From Acidimicrobiales bacterium (GTDB lineage Bacteria > Actinomycetota > Acidimicrobiia > Acidimicrobiales > DATDAH01): DNA of 64,000 nt. The translations under genes and the position numbers were made by a program. Positions 25,409 through 34,444 of the stretch are shown piece after piece; position 1 is the stretch's first letter; every line of letters starts with the position of its first letter. The notes below the pieces were generated by a model. That model saw only the letters and a list, made by a program, of their open reading frames with translations, ran no database searches and had not been told where the DNA came from. The stretch lies in assembly GCA_041918615.1 (NCBI GenBank), contig JAYRVH010000046.1, forward strand, positions 7,990-71,989, in the 5' to 3' direction.

Positions 25409-26491
25409 CTACTCGCGACGGATGGCGAGGATGGCCACGTCGTCGGTCAGCGGGCCCGTGGAGAAGTCACGCGCCGCCTCGATGAGCGACTTGCACAGCA
25501 CATCGGGCGCCACGCCGGGGTCGCGACGCAGCGTGTTGGCGATGCGGTCCTCCCCGAAGAGCGTCTCGCCGTCTCTGGCCTCGGCCAGACCGTCGGTGTA
25601 GAGCAGGCACAGGTCGCCGGGCTCCAGCGGGATCTCGCGGCTGTGGTAGGTGCCGGCAGGGTCGAGCATCAGCAGCGGCCCGGTGGCCCGCAGCGGACGC
25701 ACCTCACGTTCGTGCCAGAGCCAGGCGGCGGGATGGCCGGCCGAGGCGAACCGCAGCGTGCCCGCCACGGTGTCGAACACGACGATGCAGAGCGAGATGA
25801 GCTCCTCGGGCCGCTCCATCGCCGACATCTGCGCATTGAGCTCCTCGAGCGCCTGGGCCGGGTCGCGAAACTGACGGAGGAACACCCGCAGCAGGTACTT
25901 GGCCTGAAAGGCGGTGATCGATGGTTCGATCCCGTGGCCGGTGACGTCGCCGATGACCGCCGCCACCCGGTTGGGGGCCACCGGGAAGACATCGTAGAAG
26001 TCGCCCGCCATGAGACCCGTGCCGGCCTGGTAGACCCGACCGACCTCGAAGCCGCTCAGGTCGGGGAGCTCGTCGGGAGCGAGGCGGGCCGCCCATCGTC
26101 GCGGGGCGAGCTCTTCCTGATTCAGCACCTCCTGGGCGCGACGCTCGAGCTCGCTCCGGCTCTGCACCAGCCTGGCGTCTCGCACGAAGTTGCGCCCGAA
26201 GATGACCGTGAAGACCACCGTGACGAGCACCGCGCTGAAGAGCGCAACGGGCAACAGCTGCTCCGGGGGCTGCACCGCGGAGGTGGCAAGGGCGACGGCC
26301 AGCACGAAGTAGAGGACCGTGGTGTGCAGGTCCTTGCGGTAGTCGCCGAGGGCGATCGTGGCGGCGTCGGCGTCTTCGGAGGTGCTGTCGACCCGCCGCC
26401 ACACCTTCTGGCGATGCCTCGCCGACCGCCCCCACACGAGTGCCGCGACCAGGGACCCGAGGGCGGCGACCGCCAAGAGTGAGGTGGCCAT
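25409..26491 (-). CDS. Membrane-anchored PP2C/SpoIIE-family Ser/Thr phosphatase
   Basis: Three N-terminal TM spans, then MAGDFYDVF, VIGDVTGHG, SAGHP, LYTDGL. Confidence 0.85.
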   Translation of the reverse strand: MATSLLAVAALGSLVAALVWGRSARHRQKVWRRVDSTSEDADAATIALGDYRKDLHTTVLYFVLAVALATSAVQPPEQLLPVALFSAVLVTVVFTVIFGRNFVRDARLVQSRSELERRAQEVLNQEELAPRRWAARLAPDELPDLSGFEVGRVYQAGTGLMAGDFYDVFPVAPNRVAAVIGDVTGHGIEPSITAFQAKYLLRVFLRQFRDPAQALEELNAQMSAMERPEELISLCIVVFDTVAGTLRFASAGHPAAWLWHEREVRPLRATGPLLMLDPAGTYHSREIPLEPGDLCLLYTDGLAEARDGETLFGEDRIANTLRRDPGVAPDVLCKSLIEAARDFSTGPLTDDVAILAIRRE

Positions 26492-26553
26492 GTCGGCCCC
26501 GATGGTAGCGCCGGGGCCTCAGGGGTGAATGAAGAAGCGGTTACAGCTCGGCG

Positions 26554-27876
26554 TCATTCGGACCGCCTGCGGACGCGGAGCTTCATGGGCGTGGCCCCCA
26601 TGTCGAAGGTCTCGCGGAGGCTGCGCTCGAGGTAGCGCAGGTAGGTCGGCGGCAGCGTCTTGTTGGCGAACAGCGTGAAGGTGGGCGGGTCGACGGCACC
26701 CTGCGTGGCGTACAGGACCCGGCCGCCGTGAGGCGCCGCCTGGGCCGCCTGAGCCGCCCGGATGGCGTTGTTCACCTGACGGGTCGGGATGCGGCGGTGA
26801 TAGTCCGCGATCGCTCCCGCGAGGGCGGGCATGAGCCGGCTCACCCCCTTCCCCGAGAGCGCACTGATCCTCAGCACGGTCGCCTCGCCGAGGAAGTGCA
26901 GCCGGCGGCCGAGTTGACCCGTCACCTGGGCGCGGCTCTCCGAGTCGAGGGTCTCCCACTTGTTCAACAGCACCACGACCGGACACCCCGACGCGTCGAC
27001 GCGCTCGGCCAGGCGCTGGTCCTGGTGGGTGACCCCCACGGTCGCGTCGATCACCAACAGGGCCACGTCGGCCTTGTCGACCGACTGCAGCGCCCGGACG
27101 AACGAGTAGTACTCGGTGCCGTCGTCGATCTTCGACTTACGACGCATCCCTGCGGTGTCGATGAAGCGGATCGGGCCGTCGCCGGTGTCGACGACCGTGT
27201 CGATCGAATCGCGGGTGGTGCCGGGCAGGTCGTGGACGACGGCCCGCTCCTCGCCGATCAGGCGGTTGAACAGCGTGGACTTCCCGACGTTGGGTCGGCC
27301 CACGATGGCCACCCCGAACACGCGGGGACCATCGTCGGGATCGGCCTGGCGGTCGGGCGTATCGGCGACCTCGGGCGGCAGCGCGTCGACCAGCGCGTCG
27401 AGCAGATCGCCGGTGCCGCGTCCGTGCAGGGCGCTGACCGGGTACGGGTCGCCCACGCCGAGCCGGACGAACTCCCAGACCGCGGCTTCCCGACTCACGC
27501 CGTCGACCTTGTTGACCGCCAGCAGGACCGGGACGCTGCTCCGGCGGAGCAGCTCGGCAACCCTGGCGTCCTCCTCGGCGATGCCGATGGCCACGTCGAC
27601 CACGAACAAGATGACATCGGCCTCGGCGATCGCCACCTCGCTCTGCCGGCTGACCTTCTCGTCGAGCGCGGTGCCCCCCGGCAGCCATCCGCCCGTGTCG
27701 ACGAGCAGGAACGGTCGCCCCCGCCAGTCGGCAGCGACCTCCTTGCGGTCGCGGGTCACGCCCGGACGCTCCTCCACGATGGCCTCACGGCGCCCGACGA
27801 TCCGGTTCAACAGGGTCGACTTTCCGACGTTCGGTCGGCCGACCACGGCGACCACGGGCAGCGACATGTCAGACAC
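26554..27876 (-). CDS. der: Ribosome-associated GTPase Der (EngA), two GTPase domains + KH-like
   Basis: VAVVGRPNVGKSTL and AIVGRPNVGKSTLFN. DTGG / DTAG. Start is GTG 27876 or ATG 27867. Confidence 0.95.
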   Translation of the reverse strand: MSDMSLPVVAVVGRPNVGKSTLLNRIVGRREAIVEERPGVTRDRKEVAADWRGRPFLLVDTGGWLPGGTALDEKVSRQSEVAIAEADVILFVVDVAIGIAEEDARVAELLRRSSVPVLLAVNKVDGVSREAAVWEFVRLGVGDPYPVSALHGRGTGDLLDALVDALPPEVADTPDRQADPDDGPRVFGVAIVGRPNVGKSTLFNRLIGEERAVVHDLPGTTRDSIDTVVDTGDGPIRFIDTAGMRRKSKIDDGTEYYSFVRALQSVDKADVALLVIDATVGVTHQDQRLAERVDASGCPVVVLLNKWETLDSESRAQVTGQLGRRLHFLGEATVLRISALSGKGVSRLMPALAGAIADYHRRIPTRQVNNAIRAAQAAQAAPHGGRVLYATQGAVDPPTFTLFANKTLPPTYLRYLERSLRETFDMGATPMKLRVRRRSE

Positions 27877-29242
27877 CCAGAGCGTCGCGCAGGGCGAGGC
27901 CGTCGGTGGCGACGACCTCGACCGGGCGGGGCAGGTCGTGGGGTGTGGTGCCGTCGAGGAACCGCCCTCGCGAGAGGCACACGTCGGGAAGCAGGTAGCG
28001 GTGGCCGGCGGGCTCGTGGGCCAGCACTCGGTGCAGGTCCGCGCCCACCAGGAGCCCCGTCACCCCGATGTTGCCACCGAAGAACTCATTGGCCACCGGC
28101 ACCACGCGAACGTCGTCGCGGTCGAGGTCGGCGAGGAGCGGGACCAGGACCGCGGCACCGAGGGGAGCAGTGAGGATGGCGACGGGCGCGTCGCGGCGAG
28201 GACCGATCTGCACCGGAGAACCGGGCCGAAGCGCGGCCTCGGCCCGGGGGGCCCGATAACCCTCGGCGGGGGCGCCGTCGACCGACGCGAAGAACCCCGC
28301 CTGAGGTCCCGTGGGCGTCGTCGCGAGACCACGGAACTCCTGTTCGAAGGTCCGGGCCATACCGATGCCGTCCTCGTGCATCGGGAACCCCTCGTAGTCG
28401 GCTGCCGACGGAAAGGGCCGGCCGGCCAACAGGTAGTACTCGTCGGCAGCGAAGGCGAGCCGCCGCCCGAGGACCGCCCGGTAGAGCTCCTGCCAGTCGT
28501 GGACGGCATCGAGCACCGCCCCGGCCTCGGCCGGGGTGTGGGCCCGCATGCGGCCTTCGGGCGCGAAGCGGCTGATGCCGAGCGGCACGACGCAGAGGGT
28601 GGCCAGCTCGGGGAAGCGGTCGAGCACCCCGGCCATGGTGTCGTCGAGCACGGCCCCGTCGTTGATCCCGGGCATGACCACGACCTGGCCGTGCACGGTG
28701 ACGCCGTGGTCGAGCAGGGCCCGCAACCACCGGAGGCTCGTGGCGCCCCGCCGGTTGCGCAGCAGGTCCGAGCGCACGTCCGGGTCGGTTGCGTGGATGC
28801 TCACGTGCAATGGCGACAGGCCCTCGGTGACCACCCGCTCGAGGTCGGCCTCGGTGAACCGGGTGAGGGTGGTGAAGTTGCCGTAGAGGAACGACAACCG
28901 GTAGTCGTCGTCCTTCAGGTACAGGCTCTCGCGCAGTCCCGGCGGCAGTTGGTAGATGAAGCAGAACTCGCAGTGGTTGTCACAGGTGCGCACCTGGTCG
29001 AACAAGGCGGATGACACCTCTGCGCCCAGGGGCTCACCGGGTGACTTCGCCACCTCGAGCTCAAGTGCGAGGCCGCCCCGGATGATGGCGACGCTCACCT
29101 CGGCCTCGTCCGTCAGCAACCGGTAGGAGATGACGTCTCGCGGCACCTCGCCGTTCAGCGACTGGATCTCGTCACCGGGTAGCAGTCCCGCCCGCTCGGC
29201 CGGCGACGCGGGCGCGACAGCACGAACGAGGGCTCCAGACAC
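27869..29242 (-). CDS. PDZ + radical-SAM DUF512-family protein
   Basis: N-terminal PDZ-like region (AGLLPGDEIQSLNG). Cluster CDNHCEFC. GTG start at 29242. Confidence 0.8.
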   Translation of the reverse strand: MSGALVRAVAPASPAERAGLLPGDEIQSLNGEVPRDVISYRLLTDEAEVSVAIIRGGLALELEVAKSPGEPLGAEVSSALFDQVRTCDNHCEFCFIYQLPPGLRESLYLKDDDYRLSFLYGNFTTLTRFTEADLERVVTEGLSPLHVSIHATDPDVRSDLLRNRRGATSLRWLRALLDHGVTVHGQVVVMPGINDGAVLDDTMAGVLDRFPELATLCVVPLGISRFAPEGRMRAHTPAEAGAVLDAVHDWQELYRAVLGRRLAFAADEYYLLAGRPFPSAADYEGFPMHEDGIGMARTFEQEFRGLATTPTGPQAGFFASVDGAPAEGYRAPRAEAALRPGSPVQIGPRRDAPVAILTAPLGAAVLVPLLADLDRDDVRVVPVANEFFGGNIGVTGLLVGADLHRVLAHEPAGHRYLLPDVCLSRGRFLDGTTPHDLPRPVEVVATDGLALRDALGV

Positions 29243-29248
29243 CCCCCA

Positions 29249-29299
29249 AGCCTATGGCCGCCGAGGCCGTTCCGACTTCGGCGACACAGTCCGTAGGCT
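29249..29299. promoter_or_regulatory. Mirror-image divergent -10 boxes (TAGGCT on each strand), each exactly 6 nt from its start codon
   Basis: Minus: TAGGCT (29254-29249) + tggggg + GTG 29242 (DUF512). Plus: TAGGCT (29294-29299) + ggcgcc + ATG 29306 (ispH). Confidence 0.5.
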
Positions 29300-29305
29300 G
29301 GCGCC

Positions 29306-30346
29306 ATGGCTGTCGACCGGGTCCTGCTCTGTGCGCCGCGCGGGTTCTGCGCCGGTGTCGAGATGGCCATCAAGGCGCTTGCGTGGATGGTCCGCTCCTT
29401 CGAGCCACCGGTGTACTGCTACCACGAGATCGTGCACAACCAGAAGGTGGTCAACCGCTTCGAGGACATGGGCGTGGTGTTCATCGACGACATCGCCGAC
29501 GTGCCGCCGGGATCACCCCTCATGTTGAGCGCCCACGGCTCGGCGCCCGAGGTCGTCGAGGCCGCCCGCACCAACGGCGGCTACGTCGTCGACGCCGTTT
29601 GCCCACTGGTCACCAAGGTGCACCACGAGGTGAAGGTGCGGGCGGGCAAGGGCTTCCAGATCGTCTACGTGGGCCATGAGGGCCACGAGGAGGCGGTCGG
29701 CACCATGGCGGTCGCGCCCGAGTCCATCCACCTGGTCGAGACCGTGGCGCAGGTGGCCGCGCTCCCCCAGTTCGAACAGCCCGTCGCCCTCCTCGCCCAG
29801 ACCACGCTCAGCCACCGTGACTGGCAGGGCGTGATGGAGGCGACCCAGTCCCGGTTCCCCGACACCTGGATGCCGGGCCGCAGCGACCTGTGCTTCGCCA
29901 CCACGAACCGCCAGTCGGCCCTCGGCCAGATCGCCCACCGCTGCGATGCCACCATCGTGATCGGCTCGGCCAATTCGTCGAACACCCGGGCCCTCGAGAA
30001 GCTGGCTCGCGACGCCGGCTGTCCCCGCGTCGAGCGGGTGAACGGCGTCGACGAACTGCCCCGCGATCTCTCCGGCGTGGTGGGCGTCACCGCCGGGGCC
30101 TCGGCTCCCGAGGAGCTCGTGGAAGCCATCATCGACCGTCTCGGACCGGTGCACGGGGTGGAGGAGGTCCGCTTCACCGACGAGGACGAGTACTTCCCGC
30201 CGCCCCGGAGCCTCCGCGACCTGATCGATGCTGTGGACCTGTTCGCCACGTTCACGCTCGGCGGGCCGCCGGACGATCGACCCGGGGTGACCGACCGCCA
30301 GACCAAGGCGAGCGACGTGCTCGCCTCGCTCCGGGCTTCGGGTTAG
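29306..30346 (+). CDS. ispH: 4-hydroxy-3-methylbut-2-enyl diphosphate reductase
   Basis: PRGFCAGVEMAI, HEIVHN, AVCPLVTKVH, GHEGHEE, CFATTNRQ, GSANSSN. Confidence 0.95.
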   Translation: MAVDRVLLCAPRGFCAGVEMAIKALAWMVRSFEPPVYCYHEIVHNQKVVNRFEDMGVVFIDDIADVPPGSPLMLSAHGSAPEVVEAARTNGGYVVDAVCPLVTKVHHEVKVRAGKGFQIVYVGHEGHEEAVGTMAVAPESIHLVETVAQVAALPQFEQPVALLAQTTLSHRDWQGVMEATQSRFPDTWMPGRSDLCFATTNRQSALGQIAHRCDATIVIGSANSSNTRALEKLARDAGCPRVERVNGVDELPRDLSGVVGVTAGASAPEELVEAIIDRLGPVHGVEEVRFTDEDEYFPPPRSLRDLIDAVDLFATFTLGGPPDDRPGVTDRQTKASDVLASLRASG

Positions 30347-30373
30347 GGCGCCGCAGCGACCATCCTGGGCGCC

Positions 30374-30778
30374 ATGGTTCCCATCACCGCCACCAGCGTC
30401 CGGCTCTTCCTCCACGTGCTGGCTGCCACCGTGTGGGTCGGCGGGCAGATCACACTCGCCGGCCTCGTGCCGGCCCTGCGAGCGATGGGCGATGACGCGC
30501 CGCGCACGGTGGCCCGGCGGTTCAACCGCATCGCCTGGCCGGCGTTCGTCGTCCTGGTCGTCACCGGCGTCTGGAACGTGATGGCGGTGGACGTGGGCGA
30601 GACGAGCACGGCCTACCAGGTCACGCTGTTCGTGAAGCTCCTCGTCGTCGCTGTCTCGGGCATCAGTGCCGCCGCCCACATCGGCGCCCACTCCCGCCAG
30701 GCGCTCGCTTTCTGGGGAGCCGTCAGCGGGCTCAGCGCCATCGGCGCGGTCTTCCTCGGCGTGCTGCTGGCCACGTGA
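30374..30778 (+). CDS. CopD-like four-TM membrane protein
   Basis: RLFLHVLAATVWVGGQITLAGLV; four hydrophobic spans. Confidence 0.6.
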   Translation: MVPITATSVRLFLHVLAATVWVGGQITLAGLVPALRAMGDDAPRTVARRFNRIAWPAFVVLVVTGVWNVMAVDVGETSTAYQVTLFVKLLVVAVSGISAAAHIGAHSRQALAFWGAVSGLSAIGAVFLGVLLAT

Positions 30779-31350
30779 GGCAGAATCAGGCCATGGCCAC
30801 GACCTTCACCCGCATGGACGAGTCCACCGCCGAGCAGTGGGGTGTGATCGGTGCCGAGACGGCACGGAACCAGTCCCGCGTCGCCGACCGGGTGCTGGAC
30901 CTGCTCCGGTCGCTGTCCACCGTCACCGATGGCTTCGCCACCGACCAGCTCACCCACTGCTGTCAGACCGCCACGCTCGCCGAACGGGCGGGCGCTGACC
31001 AGGACGTCGTGGTCGCATCGCTCTGCCACGACATCGGCAAGGCCATCAGCGTGCCCAACCACCCCGAGATCGCGGCGCAGATCCTCAAGCCCTACGTGCG
31101 GCCCGAGGTGTACGACATGATCCGCGTCCACCAGGACTTCCAGGGCCGCCACTACTACGCGCACTTCGGCGGCGACCCCGACGCCCGCGAGAAGCACCGT
31201 GCGACGCTCGACCCCGACACGTTCGCCCTCGCCGAGCGGTTCGCCGACGAGTGGGACCAGGTGGCGTTCGACCCCGACTACGACACGCTCACCCTCGAGC
31301 ATTTCGAGCCCGCCGTGCGTGAGGTCTTCGCCCAGGCCCGGCTGTTCTGA
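30775..31350 (+). CDS. HD-domain protein of the PhnZ/MIOX-like (mixed-valent diiron oxygenase) type
   Basis: Ligand pattern H...HD...H...H...D: QLTHCCQTATLAERAGAD, SLCHDIGK, NHPEIAAQ, IRVHQDFQGRHY, DEWDQ. Start is GTG 30775 (GTGA overlap with the previous gene) or ATG 30793. Confidence 0.7.
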   Translation: MRQNQAMATTFTRMDESTAEQWGVIGAETARNQSRVADRVLDLLRSLSTVTDGFATDQLTHCCQTATLAERAGADQDVVVASLCHDIGKAISVPNHPEIAAQILKPYVRPEVYDMIRVHQDFQGRHYYAHFGGDPDAREKHRATLDPDTFALAERFADEWDQVAFDPDYDTLTLEHFEPAVREVFAQARLF

Positions 31351-31368
31351 GGGCGCCGGGCCGCACGC

Positions 31369-31767
31369 CTACCGGAGGAACGACCACCACATGCTGGCCG
31401 CCATGACCACCGCTGCCAGCGCAATCGAGCCGTAGAGGGTCCCCGGGCTGATCCTGCCGTCGGCGTCGGACGGGAGCCGGCGCCGCACGCGGTCGAGCGT
31501 GCGCTCGGCCCACGCCACGTCCTTCGACAGGATGCCCAGCCCGAGCGCTATCACGAGCCACCCGGGCCCCGGGAGGGCCAACATGGCGGCACCGGCCAAG
31601 AGCAGCACCGATCCCGCGGACATGCGGACGATGCGGATGACGACGTGTGCACGGGCCTTCTCCTCGGTGCTCTCGCGATCGCCGGTATGGAACTCCGCCT
31701 GGAGCGCGGCGTCGCGCAGGCGGTCACGGAAGGGGTGCGGTTCCGCGACGTCATCGTGATCAGGCAC
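31369..31767 (-). CDS. PGPGW-domain small membrane protein
   Basis: LLLAGAAMLALPGPGWLVIALGLG. GTG start overlaps the plsC stop by 8 nt. Confidence 0.65.
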   Translation of the reverse strand: MPDHDDVAEPHPFRDRLRDAALQAEFHTGDRESTEEKARAHVVIRIVRMSAGSVLLLAGAAMLALPGPGWLVIALGLGILSKDVAWAERTLDRVRRRLPSDADGRISPGTLYGSIALAAVVMAASMWWSFLR

Positions 31768-32476
31768 GCGGAGGCCGCCGGTTGGGCTTGCCGATGCGCT
31801 CCTGCGAGCGGTCGAAGAGCACCTGGATGTCCTCTCGCACCGTCTCGGTCATCTCGCGGACCGCTCGTCGCGAGAGCTTTCCCGAGTCATCGGTCGGCGG
31901 ATAGACGGGTGCCCCGATGTCCATCGACAGCTTGACCGGGCGGAGGCCCTTGGCGCCGCGCGGCATGGCGTCCTCGGAGCCGCCGATGCCGACCGGCACG
32001 ATGGGGATCCCCGCCTTGCAGGCCACGTAGGCGGGGCCGTCGTGCATGTGCTCGGGCAGGAGCACGGGGCCAGTACGACGCGTGCCCTCGGGGAACATCA
32101 CGATCGGCTCACCGGTGGCGGCGATGTCGAGACACAGCCGGATCGCCTCGCGGTCGGCAACATCGCGACGCACCGGGATGCCCCCCATGGCCGAGAAGAA
32201 CCAGGCCGTGAAGCGGTACTTCCACATCGTGTCCTTGCCCATGTACCGCATCCGTCGACGGGTGGCCGCGGCCACGACCACCGTGTCGATGTTCGAGCGG
32301 TGGATGCCCGCCAGGATGAACGAACCGCTGGTGGGGATGTTCTCCCTACCCCGCACGCTGAGCCGCCAGAAGACCCGGTCGAAGAGCTCGAGCGACCCGC
32401 GCACCAGCGCATACAGGGCCAGCGCCGGGCGAGTGGGGGGCGCGCTGTGGCGATGGGCCCCGTACTTCGTGGTCAC
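31760..32476 (-). CDS. plsC: 1-acyl-sn-glycerol-3-phosphate acyltransferase
   Basis: HxxxxD box GIHRSNID and FPEGTRR. GTG start at 32476, 8 nt after the cmk stop. The longer ORF (to 32683) would overlap cmk. Confidence 0.85.
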   Translation of the reverse strand: MTTKYGAHRHSAPPTRPALALYALVRGSLELFDRVFWRLSVRGRENIPTSGSFILAGIHRSNIDTVVVAAATRRRMRYMGKDTMWKYRFTAWFFSAMGGIPVRRDVADREAIRLCLDIAATGEPIVMFPEGTRRTGPVLLPEHMHDGPAYVACKAGIPIVPVGIGGSEDAMPRGAKGLRPVKLSMDIGAPVYPPTDDSGKLSRRAVREMTETVREDIQVLFDRSQERIGKPNRRPPRA

Positions 32477-32483
32477 GAGACGA

Positions 32484-33122
32484 TCACGAGCTCGCCAGAT
32501 GCCCGAGCAGGTCGTCCACGATCTCGTCGACGGACCGGTCGCTCGTGTCGACCAGCACCGAGTCGTCGGCCTCCTGCAGCGGGCTGTCCTCGCGACCCTG
32601 GTCGAGGGCATCGCGTCGAGCGATGTCGCGAGCCACCGTCTCGTAGTCCAGATCGGCCACCTCCTTCGATCGACGAGACGCACGCACCTCTGGCGATGCG
32701 GTGAGGTACACCTTCAGCGTGGCGTCGGGAAACACCACCGTTCCGATGTCACGGCCCTCGATGACGCCCCCACCGTGCGCCTCGGCCCATTCGCGTTGTC
32801 GGCTGCGCAACTCGGCTCGGACGGCCGGGTTCGCGGCCACGAGACTGACGGCCCGCGTCACTTCCGGTCCCCGGATCTCGATGGAGGCGTCGACACCGTC
32901 GACCGTGATGGCCCCGTCGGCGACGGCCAACTCGAGCGAAACCAGCATGTGGGCGACCGGCTCGAGATCCGAGGGGTCGATCCCCCGGCGGAGCGCGGCG
33001 AACGCCACTCCCCGGTACATCGCTCCGGTGTCGAGGTACCGCAGCCCGAGGCGGTCGGCCAACGCCCGACCCACCGTGGACTTCCCCGACCCTGCGGGCC
33101 CGTCGATCGCGATCACCTGCAC
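32484..33122 (-). CDS. cmk: Cytidylate kinase
   Basis: IAIDGPAGSGKSTVGRALADRLGLRYLDTGAMYR. Confidence 0.95.
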   Translation of the reverse strand: MQVIAIDGPAGSGKSTVGRALADRLGLRYLDTGAMYRGVAFAALRRGIDPSDLEPVAHMLVSLELAVADGAITVDGVDASIEIRGPEVTRAVSLVAANPAVRAELRSRQREWAEAHGGGVIEGRDIGTVVFPDATLKVYLTASPEVRASRRSKEVADLDYETVARDIARRDALDQGREDSPLQEADDSVLVDTSDRSVDEIVDDLLGHLASS

Positions 33123-33150
33123 GATGCACCTGCCTCCTCGAGCGCTGCGC

Positions 33151-34410
33151 TCATGTTGCGGTCAACGATGCCAGATCCTGCTCGAAACCGGGATAGCTCG
33201 TGCGCACGACACCCCACCCCGCCACCTCGGTTCGGTCGTCTGCGGCGAGACCGGCGATCGCCGCTGCCATGGCGATGCGGTGATCGCCGTGGGAACGTGC
33301 CCGTCCGCCACAGAAGCGATCCCCACCGGCGAGCACCAGCGCGTCGGGCATCGCCTCGACACGAGCCCCCAACGCGCCCAGCTCGGACGTGATGGTGGCG
33401 ATGCGATCCGACTCCTTCACCCGCAGCTCGCCCGCCCCGAGGAAGCGGGTGGGCCCGTCGGCCACCGCGGCCGCCACCGCCAGTGCCGGCACCTCGTCGA
33501 CGAGTCCGGGGATCTCGTCGGGCGCGACGTCCGTGCCGACCAGTGCGGCGTGGCGGGCGCGCACGTCGCCGGTCGCAGGGTCGACCTCGAGGTCGGCACC
33601 CATCCGGCGGAGCACGTCGAGGAACCCGTTGCGAGCGGGGCCCAGGTAGACGCCCTCGACCGTGACGTCGCTGCCCGGGACGACACAGGCCGCGACCAGC
33701 CAGAAGGCGGCCTGCGACGGGTCGCCGGGAACGTCGACATCGGCGGCCCGGAGTGACGACGGGCGCAACCGCACGACACCGTCGCCGACATCGAGATCAG
33801 CCCCGAACAGGGCCAGCATCTCCTCGGTGTGCGCTCTCGTCACGAGCGCCTCTCGCACCACGGTCTCGCCGTCGGCGGTGAGGCCGGCCAGCAGCACCGC
33901 TCCCTTCACCTGTGCACTGGCCACCGGCAGGGCGTAGTCGATGCCGTGCAGCGATCCCCCGGTGACCTGCAGCGGGGGGAACCGACCACCCTCGCGCCCG
34001 TCGACGACGGCACCCATCAGACGGAGCGGCGACGCGACCCGATCCATCGGCCGACGGCGGATCGAGTCGTCGCCATCGAGACGCGTCGTCCCGTCGATCC
34101 CTGCGCACAGGCCCATCAGGAGCCGCAGGCCCGTGCCCGAGTTGCCCACGTCGACGGTGCCCTCGGGCGGTCGCAGAATGCCACCGGTGACCCGGACGCC
34201 GTCGTCGGTGTGCTCGAGGTGGGCACCCAGCGCCTCGATGGCGGCGCCCGTGTGGCCGACGTCCTCACCGGCCGAGATGCCGCGGATGGTGGACGTGCCC
34301 GCGGCGAGGGCCGAGAGCAGCAGGGCGCGATGGGAGATGGACTTGTCGCCCGGGACCCGAACGCGCCCACGAAGCGGCGAGGGGGCGACCCGCAGGACCG
34401 AGCCGCTCAC
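33151..34410 (-). CDS. aroA: 3-phosphoshikimate 1-carboxyvinyltransferase (EPSP synthase)
   Basis: VPGDKSISHRALLLSALAAG. Start is GTG 34410, or 34485 (which would overlap tyrA by 41 nt). Confidence 0.92.
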   Translation of the reverse strand: MSGSVLRVAPSPLRGRVRVPGDKSISHRALLLSALAAGTSTIRGISAGEDVGHTGAAIEALGAHLEHTDDGVRVTGGILRPPEGTVDVGNSGTGLRLLMGLCAGIDGTTRLDGDDSIRRRPMDRVASPLRLMGAVVDGREGGRFPPLQVTGGSLHGIDYALPVASAQVKGAVLLAGLTADGETVVREALVTRAHTEEMLALFGADLDVGDGVVRLRPSSLRAADVDVPGDPSQAAFWLVAACVVPGSDVTVEGVYLGPARNGFLDVLRRMGADLEVDPATGDVRARHAALVGTDVAPDEIPGLVDEVPALAVAAAVADGPTRFLGAGELRVKESDRIATITSELGALGARVEAMPDALVLAGGDRFCGGRARSHGDHRIAMAAAIAGLAADDRTEVAGWGVVRTSYPGFEQDLASLTAT

Positions 34411-34444
34411 CCGTCCCGCTCCCGGCTCCCGCTGGGGTTCGCGC

